A DNA stretch of 55,890 nt from a virus (Duplodnaviria > Caudoviricetes): the IMG/VR virus record IMGVR_UViG_3300009507_000022, positions 1 to 55,890 of that record. One strand, 5' to 3'. Position numbers and translations under genes: made by a program. Shown here one piece after another: positions 48,250 to 55,890 of this stretch (the first letter of the stretch is position 1; each line of letters opens with the position of its first letter). Under the pieces are notes generated by a model. That model was not told the origin of the DNA. It ran no database searches and was given only the letters and a program-made list of their open reading frames with translations.

Positions 48250-48567
48250 TCAGTATTTAGATATTTGTTCTTTTACTTTCTGAATTAATTCGTTGTCGGT
48301 CAGGTATGGAATCAACTCCTCCAACAACGACTTCATAAAATCTTTTGATTTCTTCTTTGAGATTTGTTGATTGGTATGTTCCACTTGATATAAGTGATAT
48401 GCAATTTCATCAACCGATTTCAACTTGTTGTAGTATTTGCTCAATCTCTGGTCTATCTTACGACTACGACCAATATCAGTAATAGTTGGAAACGCTTTGT
48501 GTAGTTCATCAATACGACCCTTGAGGTATTGAATCTCTAATAGTTTGTGTAGTTCTTTTTCGTTCAT
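48250..48567 (-). CDS. Hypothetical protein
   Basis: ORF track; ATGA coupling. Confidence 0.65.
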   Translation of the reverse strand: MNEKELHKLLEIQYLKGRIDELHKAFPTITDIGRSRKIDQRLSKYYNKLKSVDEIAYHLYQVEHTNQQISKKKSKDFMKSLLEELIPYLTDNELIQKVKEQISKY

Positions 48568-50390
48568 AACAATTCTTTTGATAGTTCAAAATAATGAGAA
48601 CACTTATCATTATCGTGTAGTGGTATTAGACTAAACAACAATGATGCGGTTATCAATTTAATATTAGTTAACTCTTCCATACTAAACTTACTTTCAAAAT
48701 ATTTTTTGATTCTTTGTCTGTATGATTCAACCACATACTTGTCTGATAAGATTTCATCATATCCACAAAGTGATTGATATATTTTTGCGTAATCGTAATA
48801 GGGGTCACCATAAATTCCAAACTCACTATACTTAACATCAATGAATTTGATATTACTTGTTGAAGTAAAGATGATATTTGTAAATACACAATCTCCGTGA
48901 TATGTAGATAATTCAAATCCATGCTTCAAATATAAGTCTAATCCATTTCGTATTTTAGAATAAACAACATCGGCATTATCAAATTTTGAATAATCATATT
49001 GTTTGTACCTATTATCTATTTTTTGTTGATAGTCAATATACGAATTATTTTTTGAATGCACAACTTTATTAGAGTGTAATCGGTCAATAGATTCCAATAA
49101 TAAGTCAATATGCCGTTCAGTCAATATGTTGTTAATAAACAATTCACTAAATGTAGTACCTTCAATCTTTTCCATCTCAAGATAGCCCTCACCATACGAT
49201 ATTAATTTAGGAAACAAATCCGATAACGAGGTCTCGTGGATGTCGCTGTAATATTTAGATTCACCTGATAGTTTAGAATCTTGTGAGTATTTTATAACGG
49301 AATTTTCCGATACTACTATCTTATTAAAACTTCGTGGCTTGATATCATCTAAATAAAATCCAAGTTGTTTTGATAAATCCATTTTAGGATTTATGCATAG
49401 GTCATCTATATAATGGTGCGCATATGGTTTACCAAATACTAACTCATCGTATGGAATGTTAAACTTATCCAACGTGTCCATAGTAATCTTACCAATGTCT
49501 GCGACCACACCACCCACATTACCATTATGGGTTCTCATCCTACGAGCGGTATATACTATGATATGATGGCCAGCTTCTTTTAACTTTCTTAAATAAGTAA
49601 TGGTATCTTGTATTGGCTCTACACTTGTATAGTCACCAGATACTCTTGGGTAGGTAACGAGAGTGTTGTCCAAGTCAAAAACAAATCGTTGAGGTTCTAC
49701 TTTGTAGTTCTTACTAAACTCAACAATATGTTGCGGTGTACCCAGTACATAGAAGTTGGATACACACATACCTCTAAACTCACAACCACCATCAATCATC
49801 GATTTAATTACATCAGAAGTATACACCTCACCTTGAGTGTAATCCATATTGAGTAAGTAACGATGTAATTCTTTTACCGACCAAAAGACATAACAACCAC
49901 TATTTGCATTGTCCGAAATCTTTTCCTTTTCTTTTATTTGGGTGATTACATTATCAGTACCTAACTTGATGTATGAATAGATTGGCTTGGGGTCGGTACT
50001 ATTAAAGTACATAACACCATTATCTACAAGCCGTGCTTTACTTAATACATCTTCATCATAGAATGTATCACCATCCAATACTACCAACTTATCATCTTCT
50101 TTAAAGAAGTGTTCGATGGCAAGCCGAATGGTTTCGGCAGCACCACGGGTGTTGGGTACTGACTTTGTTTTGATGTGTGGATACTTGGACTGAATGATGT
50201 TCCCAAGATTATGTTTATCCAACGATTCATTATAAGTGATGTACAACTCATCATCCTCGGCAAGTTTTAGATTGTCAATAACCCAAAACAAAAGAGGTTT
50301 ACCCAATACCTTTATGAGAGGTTTGGGTGTAGTATAGTTGGCATCGCTAAATCGTTTACCAACCCCACCAAGTGGAATTAGTATTTTCAT
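48564..50390 (-). CDS. Trifunctional sugar-nucleotidyltransferase / HAD phosphatase (BcbF-like) / APH-choline-kinase-like protein
   Basis: LIPLGGVGKRF...PKPLI...DGD; VFDLDNTL...YTAR...GKP...YIDD; YHGD...NI...FID...GDPYYDYAK. Confidence 0.85.
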   Translation of the reverse strand: MKILIPLGGVGKRFSDANYTTPKPLIKVLGKPLLFWVIDNLKLAEDDELYITYNESLDKHNLGNIIQSKYPHIKTKSVPNTRGAAETIRLAIEHFFKEDDKLVVLDGDTFYDEDVLSKARLVDNGVMYFNSTDPKPIYSYIKLGTDNVITQIKEKEKISDNANSGCYVFWSVKELHRYLLNMDYTQGEVYTSDVIKSMIDGGCEFRGMCVSNFYVLGTPQHIVEFSKNYKVEPQRFVFDLDNTLVTYPRVSGDYTSVEPIQDTITYLRKLKEAGHHIIVYTARRMRTHNGNVGGVVADIGKITMDTLDKFNIPYDELVFGKPYAHHYIDDLCINPKMDLSKQLGFYLDDIKPRSFNKIVVSENSVIKYSQDSKLSGESKYYSDIHETSLSDLFPKLISYGEGYLEMEKIEGTTFSELFINNILTERHIDLLLESIDRLHSNKVVHSKNNSYIDYQQKIDNRYKQYDYSKFDNADVVYSKIRNGLDLYLKHGFELSTYHGDCVFTNIIFTSTSNIKFIDVKYSEFGIYGDPYYDYAKIYQSLCGYDEILSDKYVVESYRQRIKKYFESKFSMEELTNIKLITASLLFSLIPLHDNDKCSHYFELSKELL

Positions 50391-50542
50391 TTAGAGACTC
50401 CGTAAATGGATAAGAATGTTTTTAATGGTAATCGTTTACCTTGAGCAAACTTAACAGCAGCATTGTATCGTGACAAGGCCTTACAATAATAAATGGGTTC
50501 TTTTGATTTGTCAATCTTTGAATAAAAGAAATACGACTTCAT
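50387..50542 (-). CDS. 51-aa hypothetical protein
   Basis: MKSYFFYSKIDKSKEPI...YGVSK read manually; ATGA overlap with the next gene. Confidence 0.6.
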   Translation of the reverse strand: MKSYFFYSKIDKSKEPIYYCKALSRYNAAVKFAQGKRLPLKTFLSIYGVSK

Positions 50543-50543
50543 A

Positions 50544-50873
50544 TTAATTCTTCTTTTTAAGTTGTACCATTATATCAGTTACAAATTCACCAGCATAAAC
50601 TTTAGAACCAACATTCCAAGTTTGGTTCATCGTAGTAGTAAAACCATCATCGTATGTTTTCCAATCGTAGATGGTGAATACTACATTATCTTCAGTTCGT
50701 ACAAACACCCATTCTTTTTGAATCTTACCATCCCCACTTGGTGTGGGGAATGTGGGTTCTCCAAATGCGGCTACTAATTGTTTGTAATTAAATCCAACCA
50801 ATCGGTCTTTCAAAGATGTACCACTCATTAGTTTAAGGGCGTTTTCTTTGTTTGTGATTTTGTTATACTTCAT
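50544..50873 (-). CDS. Conserved phage hypothetical protein
   Basis: FGEP...GDGKIQKEW...FTIYDWK pattern. Confidence 0.7.
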   Translation of the reverse strand: MKYNKITNKENALKLMSGTSLKDRLVGFNYKQLVAAFGEPTFPTPSGDGKIQKEWVFVRTEDNVVFTIYDWKTYDDGFTTTMNQTWNVGSKVYAGEFVTDIMVQLKKKN

Positions 50874-50893
50874 ATTTCTTATTTCTTATAATA

Positions 50894-50924
50894 CAAATAT
50901 ACGAAATTATTTTGTATTATCAAA
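50894..50924 (-). promoter_or_regulatory. Bacteroidota-type sigma70 promoter
   Basis: TTTG-N19-TATATTTG. Confidence 0.72.
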
Positions 50925-51633
50925 GCGTTGGTGTTAAGTTTTCGTTAAGATTCTCATCGGTTGTATCCAGGAATGAATCCAATTCATCACAAGAAATTAG
51001 GTTAAGATATTCTTTTTTCTTTTCTTGTAAAATATTAAAGTCATAAAACTCATTGTCGGCAGGTGCCAGAATTTGTCTACCTCTTCTAATGAGACCCACA
51101 CCATAATCGGTATCAATAACACACATAGATAAATCAGAACGAGTCTTACGAAGTTGATAGTATGCTTTCCAAGTAGTACCATTCCACGGATAGTTGTACC
51201 CATCAATAGAATAATTCTCTCGTTGTCTCCAAACATTAGGTGGATTACAATCGTGCATAAGAATAAATCCACCCTCATTCAAGTGGTCTAATGCATTATA
51301 CACATCCTTGATTACTTGTTGAGCGAGATGAAGGCCATCAATGAATATCACATCCCACTTCTTATCCTTTGGTATGGTATCAAAGAACTCATCGGAAGTC
51401 ATATTGTAGTTCGCTACATTGTTATCAAACTCGTAGCCGGGGTCTACTCCATCCTTATCACGACACGATACCATATTGAAACACCATCGTGGGTTGGATA
51501 CACCAATCTCTAAATATGATTCGAATTTATATCTTTTAATTAAATGGTTTATAATCTCCCATCTATCCATACACCAAGGTTGTTCCCACCAAGTTGCAAG
51601 GTCGTGTTCTATTTCTTTCATTGACAATTTCAT
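50920..51633 (-). CDS. Class I SAM-dependent methyltransferase (Methyltransf_24-like)
   Basis: YLEIGV, GVDP, DVIFIDGLH and GGFILMHD. Confidence 0.85.
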   Translation of the reverse strand: MKLSMKEIEHDLATWWEQPWCMDRWEIINHLIKRYKFESYLEIGVSNPRWCFNMVSCRDKDGVDPGYEFDNNVANYNMTSDEFFDTIPKDKKWDVIFIDGLHLAQQVIKDVYNALDHLNEGGFILMHDCNPPNVWRQRENYSIDGYNYPWNGTTWKAYYQLRKTRSDLSMCVIDTDYGVGLIRRGRQILAPADNEFYDFNILQEKKKEYLNLISCDELDSFLDTTDENLNENLTPTL

Positions 51634-51662
51634 CGTGTATACTTAAAAATTTTTCGTGTGTG

Positions 51663-51684
51663 AAAAGGAACTGGCGTTCCCCCC
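51663..51684 (-). terminator. Possible intrinsic terminator
   Basis: GGGGGGAAC-GCCA-GTTCC-TTTT on the minus strand. Confidence 0.45.
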
Positions 51685-51714
51685 TATTGCTTATTTGCTT
51701 GATTGCTTACCGGC

Positions 51715-52014
51715 TCAATCCCTACGACCAAAGACTGCCTTAATAAAGTTAAACCAAAAGACCCACCCATAGATAGGCCAGAGAAGTAATACAACAATAC
51801 GTTCCATATTGGTAAGCTTACGATTGGGTTCTTCTTTTAAATCTGCTATCTTGGTTACAAAGTAATCCATAACGAATAAGGTTAATCCTCCCACGAGTAG
51901 GTAATAACTAACCAAATCCAATATATTAAATGTTCCCATAGTTCCACTCGTATGTTTGTTTCCATTCATCCTCGGATACGATATCAATGTCTTCGTACTC
52001 TGAAGACCAATCAA
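51715..52014 (-). CDS. Small two-TM membrane protein (start uncertain)
   Basis: Two hydrophobic helices with LLWP; the real start may be a downstream Met. Confidence 0.55.
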   Translation of the reverse strand: MIGLQSTKTLISYPRMNGNKHTSGTMGTFNILDLVSYYLLVGGLTLFVMDYFVTKIADLKEEPNRKLTNMERIVVLLLWPIYGWVFWFNFIKAVFGRRD

Positions 52015-52258
52015 CTGGATAGATAGAAGAAGAATGTTGGTACAACTGAAAGTCTTGAGTAAAGTTGGTATTGGTATACCATTCCCTTAACATCTCTTCT
52101 ACACCCATACTATCTATTACTTCATCTATGTTGTTATACCCATAGTCTATATAGTAGGACATTAGTTGAGATTCTGAAGGAGAGATAAGTTCAGCCTTCT
52201 TGACCTTGGCCACTCCGTAGAACACTCTCTCTTTCGTTTCACTTTTTTTCATCACCAA
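51926..52258 (-). CDS. Hypothetical protein
   Basis: ORF track. Confidence 0.55.
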   Translation of the reverse strand: MVMKKSETKERVFYGVAKVKKAELISPSESQLMSYYIDYGYNNIDEVIDSMGVEEMLREWYTNTNFTQDFQLYQHSSSIYPVDWSSEYEDIDIVSEDEWKQTYEWNYGNI

Positions 52259-52427
52259 ATTCTTTGTTTAGTATTTGTTCCTGCCATTCTTGAAGTTCAA
52301 TGTCATCATTGTCTTCCAACAAGAATTCCATCAACTCCTGTTCTTCTTCTTCGGACATAATATAGAGTTCTATATTGTCCCTATCTAACATTGACTTCTT
52401 ATTCATTGCATTTACAATTTCCACCAC
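52239..52427 (-). CDS. Small acidic protein (start uncertain)
   Basis: ORF track; Glu/Asp-rich. Confidence 0.5.
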   Translation of the reverse strand: MVEIVNAMNKKSMLDRDNIELYIMSEEEEQELMEFLLEDNDDIELQEWQEQILNKEFGDEKK

Positions 52428-52530
52428 ACGGACATTTAGACTTCTTTTTGTCTTGATTATCCAAATAGATTTGATATAAACCTATACCAAATACTAATAA
52501 CATACTACCTGTAATTACCAATCCAATCAT
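52399..52530 (-). CDS. 43-aa membrane peptide with Cys-rich tail
   Basis: MIGLVITGSMLLVFGIGLYQIYLDNQDKKKSKCPCGGNCKCNE, read manually. Confidence 0.6.
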   Translation of the reverse strand: MIGLVITGSMLLVFGIGLYQIYLDNQDKKKSKCPCGGNCKCNE

Positions 52531-52685
52531 TTTATCCATTCTCTATATGCTAAGTGATATGCATCAACTCGTCTCATTTTTGGATTTGCATCCATCTCTT
52601 TTCTTGCCCATTCCATTACTTCTTGTGCTAACCCATATGAGTGAGACTCAATTAGGATTTCTTCGATTTGTTGTTCTTCAGTCAT
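52527..52685 (-). CDS. 52-aa hypothetical protein
   Basis: MTEEQQIEEILIESHSYGL...YREWIK read manually; ATGA overlap. Confidence 0.6.
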   Translation of the reverse strand: MTEEQQIEEILIESHSYGLAQEVMEWARKEMDANPKMRRVDAYHLAYREWIK

Positions 52686-52707
52686 AACAATACCCCCTTT
52701 ATTATAA

Positions 52708-53646
52708 TTAGTTACTTAATTCAGCTTTAATAGAAGGATGACACTCATAGTCAATCAGCTCATAGTCAAACTCACCATTTAAGATATCTACATTACTAAC
52801 CTTTAACTCTGGTAAAGGGAATGTATGTCTATTCATTTGTTCAATGGCTTGGTCTATATGATTTTTATATAAGTGTACATCACCAAGGTTTCCAATCAAA
52901 TCACCTGGTTTGTATCCTGTCTCTTCACATAATAGAAGTAATAGTGTTGCATATGATGCAATGTTAAATGGTAGACCAAGGAATGTATCCACACTTCTCT
53001 GATTCCACATTAGAGATAGTTTACCATCTGATACATAACATTGGAATCCATAGTGACATGGTGGTAGAGTCATATCATTTATATCACCAACATTCCAAGC
53101 GGATACCATATGTCTACGAGAATCGGGATTGTATTTCAATCCATTTATGAGGTTTTCTATTTGGTCTGCAGTTCTCTCTACAATAATCGGATTACCACCA
53201 TTAAACTTTTCAGTATAATATTCAGTCCAACTTCTCCATTGTTTACCATAGATGGGGCCTAACTCTCCCCATTTCTTAGCAAACTCATCATTTGTTTTAA
53301 TCTTATCAATGAACTCACTTTTTGATAAAACAAAATCATGCGGAGGGATACCTGGTGTAGTTTCTTTACCTAAATAAGCTTGGTAGCAGTCTCCATCCCA
53401 AATATGACAATTATTATCAACCAAATATTTGATGTTGGTATCTCCTTTCAAGAACCACTTCAATTCGGTCATCATAGTTTTGACTGCCATCTTCTTTGTG
53501 GTTAGTAATGGAAACCCATGACACATACAGTGTCGGATTTGTCTACCAAATACGGAGATGGTACCTGTACCAGTTCGGTCAGACTTTTCTACTCCGTTGG
53601 TAAGGATGTCATTGAGTAGAATTAAATAATCAGTTTCAATGTTCAT
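52708..53646 (-). CDS. thyA: Thymidylate synthase
   Basis: DRTGTGT, FPLLTTKK, LGPIYGKQWR, DSRR, LPPCH, QRSVDTFLGLPFNIASY and HLY. Confidence 0.97.
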   Translation of the reverse strand: MNIETDYLILLNDILTNGVEKSDRTGTGTISVFGRQIRHCMCHGFPLLTTKKMAVKTMMTELKWFLKGDTNIKYLVDNNCHIWDGDCYQAYLGKETTPGIPPHDFVLSKSEFIDKIKTNDEFAKKWGELGPIYGKQWRSWTEYYTEKFNGGNPIIVERTADQIENLINGLKYNPDSRRHMVSAWNVGDINDMTLPPCHYGFQCYVSDGKLSLMWNQRSVDTFLGLPFNIASYATLLLLLCEETGYKPGDLIGNLGDVHLYKNHIDQAIEQMNRHTFPLPELKVSNVDILNGEFDYELIDYECHPSIKAELSN

Positions 53647-54034
53647 TTAATTTTTCTTTTAGGTATGGACATAAATAGTTTCTACAAGTTTGTGGTCGTA
53701 TGTCATATACACTACAACTACGAGTAGCAGTATTATACATCACACAGGGTTTACGTTTTTTTTCTAAATCAAGTTTAAACGCAGGAAAGTTATTTGGGTC
53801 TTGCCAATTTGATAGATTAGGAAATTGTTTTGAACCTTCTTCAAATGAATAAAACACTTCGGAGAAGTCAACTACCCTACCTAACTTATCAGATAACTTT
53901 TTAAGAAACTCTTCATAATCAGTTATAGCACCCATAATATAATTACGGTCTTCTAACATACAACAACTACCATCGTAGTCATCACGACCAAAACATTTAA
54001 AGGCACATATGTCTAAATGATTATCAGACATCAA
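53636..54034 (-). CDS. YkgJ/CxxCxxCC-type cysteine-cluster protein
   Basis: CAFKC...CC and CVMY...CSVYDIRPQTCRNY. Confidence 0.8.
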   Translation of the reverse strand: MMSDNHLDICAFKCFGRDDYDGSCCMLEDRNYIMGAITDYEEFLKKLSDKLGRVVDFSEVFYSFEEGSKQFPNLSNWQDPNNFPAFKLDLEKKRKPCVMYNTATRSCSVYDIRPQTCRNYLCPYLKEKLNEH

Positions 54035-54258
54035 TCAAACTTTAATCCATTCTCAAACATAATCTCACGGAGTTGGTCTCTACACTTTTCGTAAGTTTCG
54101 TATTTGTCCTTACTGTATTCAGTATCAGGCATATACTTATATTGTGCTCTTAACCATTGGTCAAACTCCCACAATGTAGATTGTGCTTTAGCACCATTGA
54201 CTGCCAATTCAAAATCAATATGGTCTTCAGGTAGATTAAACTCTAAAACTGCTTTCAT
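54031..54258 (-). CDS. Conserved phage hypothetical protein
   Basis: MKAVLEFNLPED...LWEFDQWLR pattern. Confidence 0.7.
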   Translation of the reverse strand: MKAVLEFNLPEDHIDFELAVNGAKAQSTLWEFDQWLRAQYKYMPDTEYSKDKYETYEKCRDQLREIMFENGLKFD

Positions 54259-54270
54259 TTCTCTTTGGTG

Positions 54271-54687
54271 TTATTTTTCTATAACTATTTCGTACCCATC
54301 TTCGTTAGGGATGAATCCATTTACTTTACCTTCCAATTTAAAGAAAGACATATCCATACCTTCAGTAATGTATGGGCCACCACTTGGGTCTATCATTGTG
54401 ATGGTATTCCAATCAGAGTATACCAATGATTGATATGTTTTGGAAATCTCCGAGAACTCAAAGGTGTCACGGTCGTAGTAGTGGACTTCCTTAACGAATT
54501 CAGGCATTGATATTGTACCACCATCTTTCTTGTATTCATTGTATGCATCATCATACACATTAGCTACTGCGAAACGGCAGTGTTCGAAGTTACCACTCCA
54601 TTGGATGTTACCATCTTCAGTTTCGGTGAAAGTAAACTTGTCTCCGTACCGATTGGTATACTCTTCAGTTTTCATTTCTAAATCCAT
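54271..54687 (-). CDS. Hypothetical protein
   Basis: NRYGD...MIDPSGGPYI pattern. Confidence 0.65.
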   Translation of the reverse strand: MDLEMKTEEYTNRYGDKFTFTETEDGNIQWSGNFEHCRFAVANVYDDAYNEYKKDGGTISMPEFVKEVHYYDRDTFEFSEISKTYQSLVYSDWNTITMIDPSGGPYITEGMDMSFFKLEGKVNGFIPNEDGYEIVIEK

Positions 54688-54916
54688 TTTTTAATTTGTA
54701 TCTACTATATATTCGTTCAATCATTGAGGATGATGCCGATACCATTGCAAATTTCCAAGTTGGGAATACTCTCTTTGCCCAATTGTATTGTTCATCAATT
54801 GATAGACTTCTCCACCAAGACAATGCAAGTTCTCTATTCGTTATGTTTCTTTCCATAGCGCTCTCCTCGTTCTTCTTTGTCATATCCCCACTTGAATACT
54901 TTAGAAATAAATACAA
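54665..54916 (-). CDS. Hypothetical protein (true start probably downstream, e.g. MERN at 54856)
   Basis: ORF track; the 5' part overlaps the 44-aa ORF. Confidence 0.5.
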   Translation of the reverse strand: MYLFLKYSSGDMTKKNEESAMERNITNRELALSWWRSLSIDEQYNWAKRVFPTWKFAMVSASSSMIERIYSRYKLKNGFRNEN

Positions 54917-54968
54917 GCGCTACAAATCCCCACATCAACATATGGGCCAATAATGGAAAATCAATCAT
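54834..54968 (-). CDS. 44-aa membrane peptide
   Basis: MIDFPLLAHMLMWGFVALVFISKVFKWG... read manually, downstream of a promoter. Confidence 0.5.
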   Translation of the reverse strand: MIDFPLLAHMLMWGFVALVFISKVFKWGYDKEERGERYGKKHNE

Positions 54969-54988
54969 AACAATATTGTTTTAGAAAT

Positions 54989-55020
54989 ACAATATACAAA
55001 ATTATTTTGACATTTCCAAA
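54989..55020 (-). promoter_or_regulatory. Bacteroidota-type sigma70 promoter
   Basis: TTTG-N20-TATATTGT. Confidence 0.6.
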
Positions 55021-55178
55021 TTATGTTGTCGAAATCCGATAACTTGAGTCGGGCCCGCTACAACCAGTCTTCGTTGTTCAATAGCCACCTTGGTCATCTC
55101 TAATGTTTCTACATCAGTCTCTGCACCTAACCATTCAAAGAACCATTTGGTCAGTAGTTTCTTTTTTAACTTGTTCAT
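55002..55178 (-). CDS. 58-aa hypothetical protein
   Basis: MNKLKKKLLTKWFFEWL... read manually; its start codon lies in the 20-bp junction repeat. Confidence 0.55.
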   Translation of the reverse strand: MNKLKKKLLTKWFFEWLGAETDVETLEMTKVAIEQRRLVVAGPTQVIGFRQHNLEMSK

Positions 55179-55190
55179 TTCTCTTTGGTG

Positions 55191-55484
55191 TTAAAGGTTA
55201 TCTCGTACTGCATTACCCATTATCATTTGGGAAGTTGGAGCGATACCGAAGTAAGTCCAATCACGACCATCAATACCATTGTATTGAGCTCGACAGTAAT
55301 CCATAATCGTATCATCAAAGGGAAGTTGATTACCGGTGATATCGGTTACAGGCAACCAACGAGTTTGCCAACCTTCTCCAAGGAAAGTTACCCAAGCCAT
55401 TTCTTTATTCAAATCAATCATCATAACTTTAATATTAACGTAAGTATTCAGGTCCGTGTGGGCCGTATTGTGCAGTCCCATCAA
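55191..55484 (-). CDS. Hypothetical protein (start uncertain)
   Basis: ORF track; the 5' end overlaps the upstream gene. Confidence 0.55.
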   Translation of the reverse strand: MMGLHNTAHTDLNTYVNIKVMMIDLNKEMAWVTFLGEGWQTRWLPVTDITGNQLPFDDTIMDYCRAQYNGIDGRDWTYFGIAPTSQMIMGNAVRDNL

Positions 55485-55770
55485 TCACATTACCACGAGG
55501 GTGTTTAGCAGCAGCGGCCCAACCGGCAGGTTTCATCAAGTCACCTTTCTTTAGTTGGATACCTTTGTGAACAAATGGGATTCTTGCGATGAAACCCCAT
55601 ACACTCGTTCCCACTACTACCTTGTAGAATTTCTTACCAGGGTAGATTTTGATTTCGGGAAGAGTCATTCGGTGAAAGTTCTCTTGGTAATACTCACGAA
55701 TCTGATTAGTGAGTTGAACATCGAACTCTTCAATAGTCTTAACTGGCTTGGTGTTTGTAAACATACTCAT
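55435..55770 (-). CDS. Conserved phage hypothetical protein
   Basis: GKKFYKVV...SVWGFI...KKGDLMKPAGWAAAAKHPRGNV. Confidence 0.7.
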   Translation of the reverse strand: MSMFTNTKPVKTIEEFDVQLTNQIREYYQENFHRMTLPEIKIYPGKKFYKVVVGTSVWGFIARIPFVHKGIQLKKGDLMKPAGWAAAAKHPRGNVIDGTAQYGPHGPEYLR

Positions 55771-55773
55771 AAC

Positions 55774-55890
55774 TTATTTATTTACTGAATGAATTCCTAA
55801 TTGTTTGTTCAACCACTTTGTTTCTTTTGAAAACAACATTTCCGTTGAGTAGATGTATGACTCTTGGTAAAGTGTCTCACCTTTTAAAAA
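55774..55890 (-). CDS. Partial hypothetical protein (enters from the window end)
   Basis: Open frame FLKGETLYQESY...SVNK* from 55890. Confidence 0.5.
   Translation of the reverse strand, partial: FLKGETLYQESYIYSTEMLFSKETKWLNKQLGIHSVNK

Larger units (their letters stand above)
54254..55193. repeat. 20-bp exact gene-junction repeat, two copies
   Basis: ttcatttctctttggtgtta at 54254-54273 and 55174-55193. Confidence 0.9.

Noticed and set aside
52708-53646. ThyA as a dCMP/dUMP hydroxymethylase for modified DNA
   Set aside because: It has the canonical LPPCH and PFNIASY (Asn specifying dUMP) and looks like an ordinary thymidylate synthase.

Overview
A 56-kb piece of a large, AT-rich tailed phage with a T4-like contractile-tail baseplate. 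Essentially all genes are on the minus strand, and TAA, TAG and TGA are all used as stops (standard code). The host is probably in the Bacteroidota, based on repeated (T/C)TTG-N19/20-TAnnTTTG promoters and a DUF4494 gene. Left to right, the window holds: modular head-cargo-like proteins with L/I/V-x-E processing sites, including a HIGH-nucleotidyltransferase/ligase-fold fusion; a tail fibre with an S74 chaperone; fused SbcD-SbcC, primase and T7 endo I-like resolvase; a baseplate block (gp6, gp25, gp7/P2-I-like, gp5-like); a gp55-like sigma factor, HD hydrolase, ClpP, UvsE, DnaK and Hsp20; a MoxR AAA+/VWA pair and an acyl-CoA thioesterase; a tRNA array with 9 canonical tRNAs, interrupted by a PhyH-like dioxygenase and a PLP aminotransferase; a sugar NTP-transferase/HAD/kinase fusion, a methyltransferase, ThyA and small ORFs. 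Four signals stand out. (1) Two paralogous non-canonical tRNA-Gly(UCC)-like RNAs keep all GlyRS identity elements but lack TPsiC, the D-loop GG and U33, and they flank an unannotated structured RNA. (2) A roughly 150-nt pseudoknotted RNA lies between tRNA-Thr and tRNA-Ser. (3) A TTAACA-N5-TTAACA operator sits at a fixed position upstream of four host-type promoters. (4) An ArfA-like small basic ORF was missed by the ORF track. All family calls come from motif recognition by eye, not from database searches.
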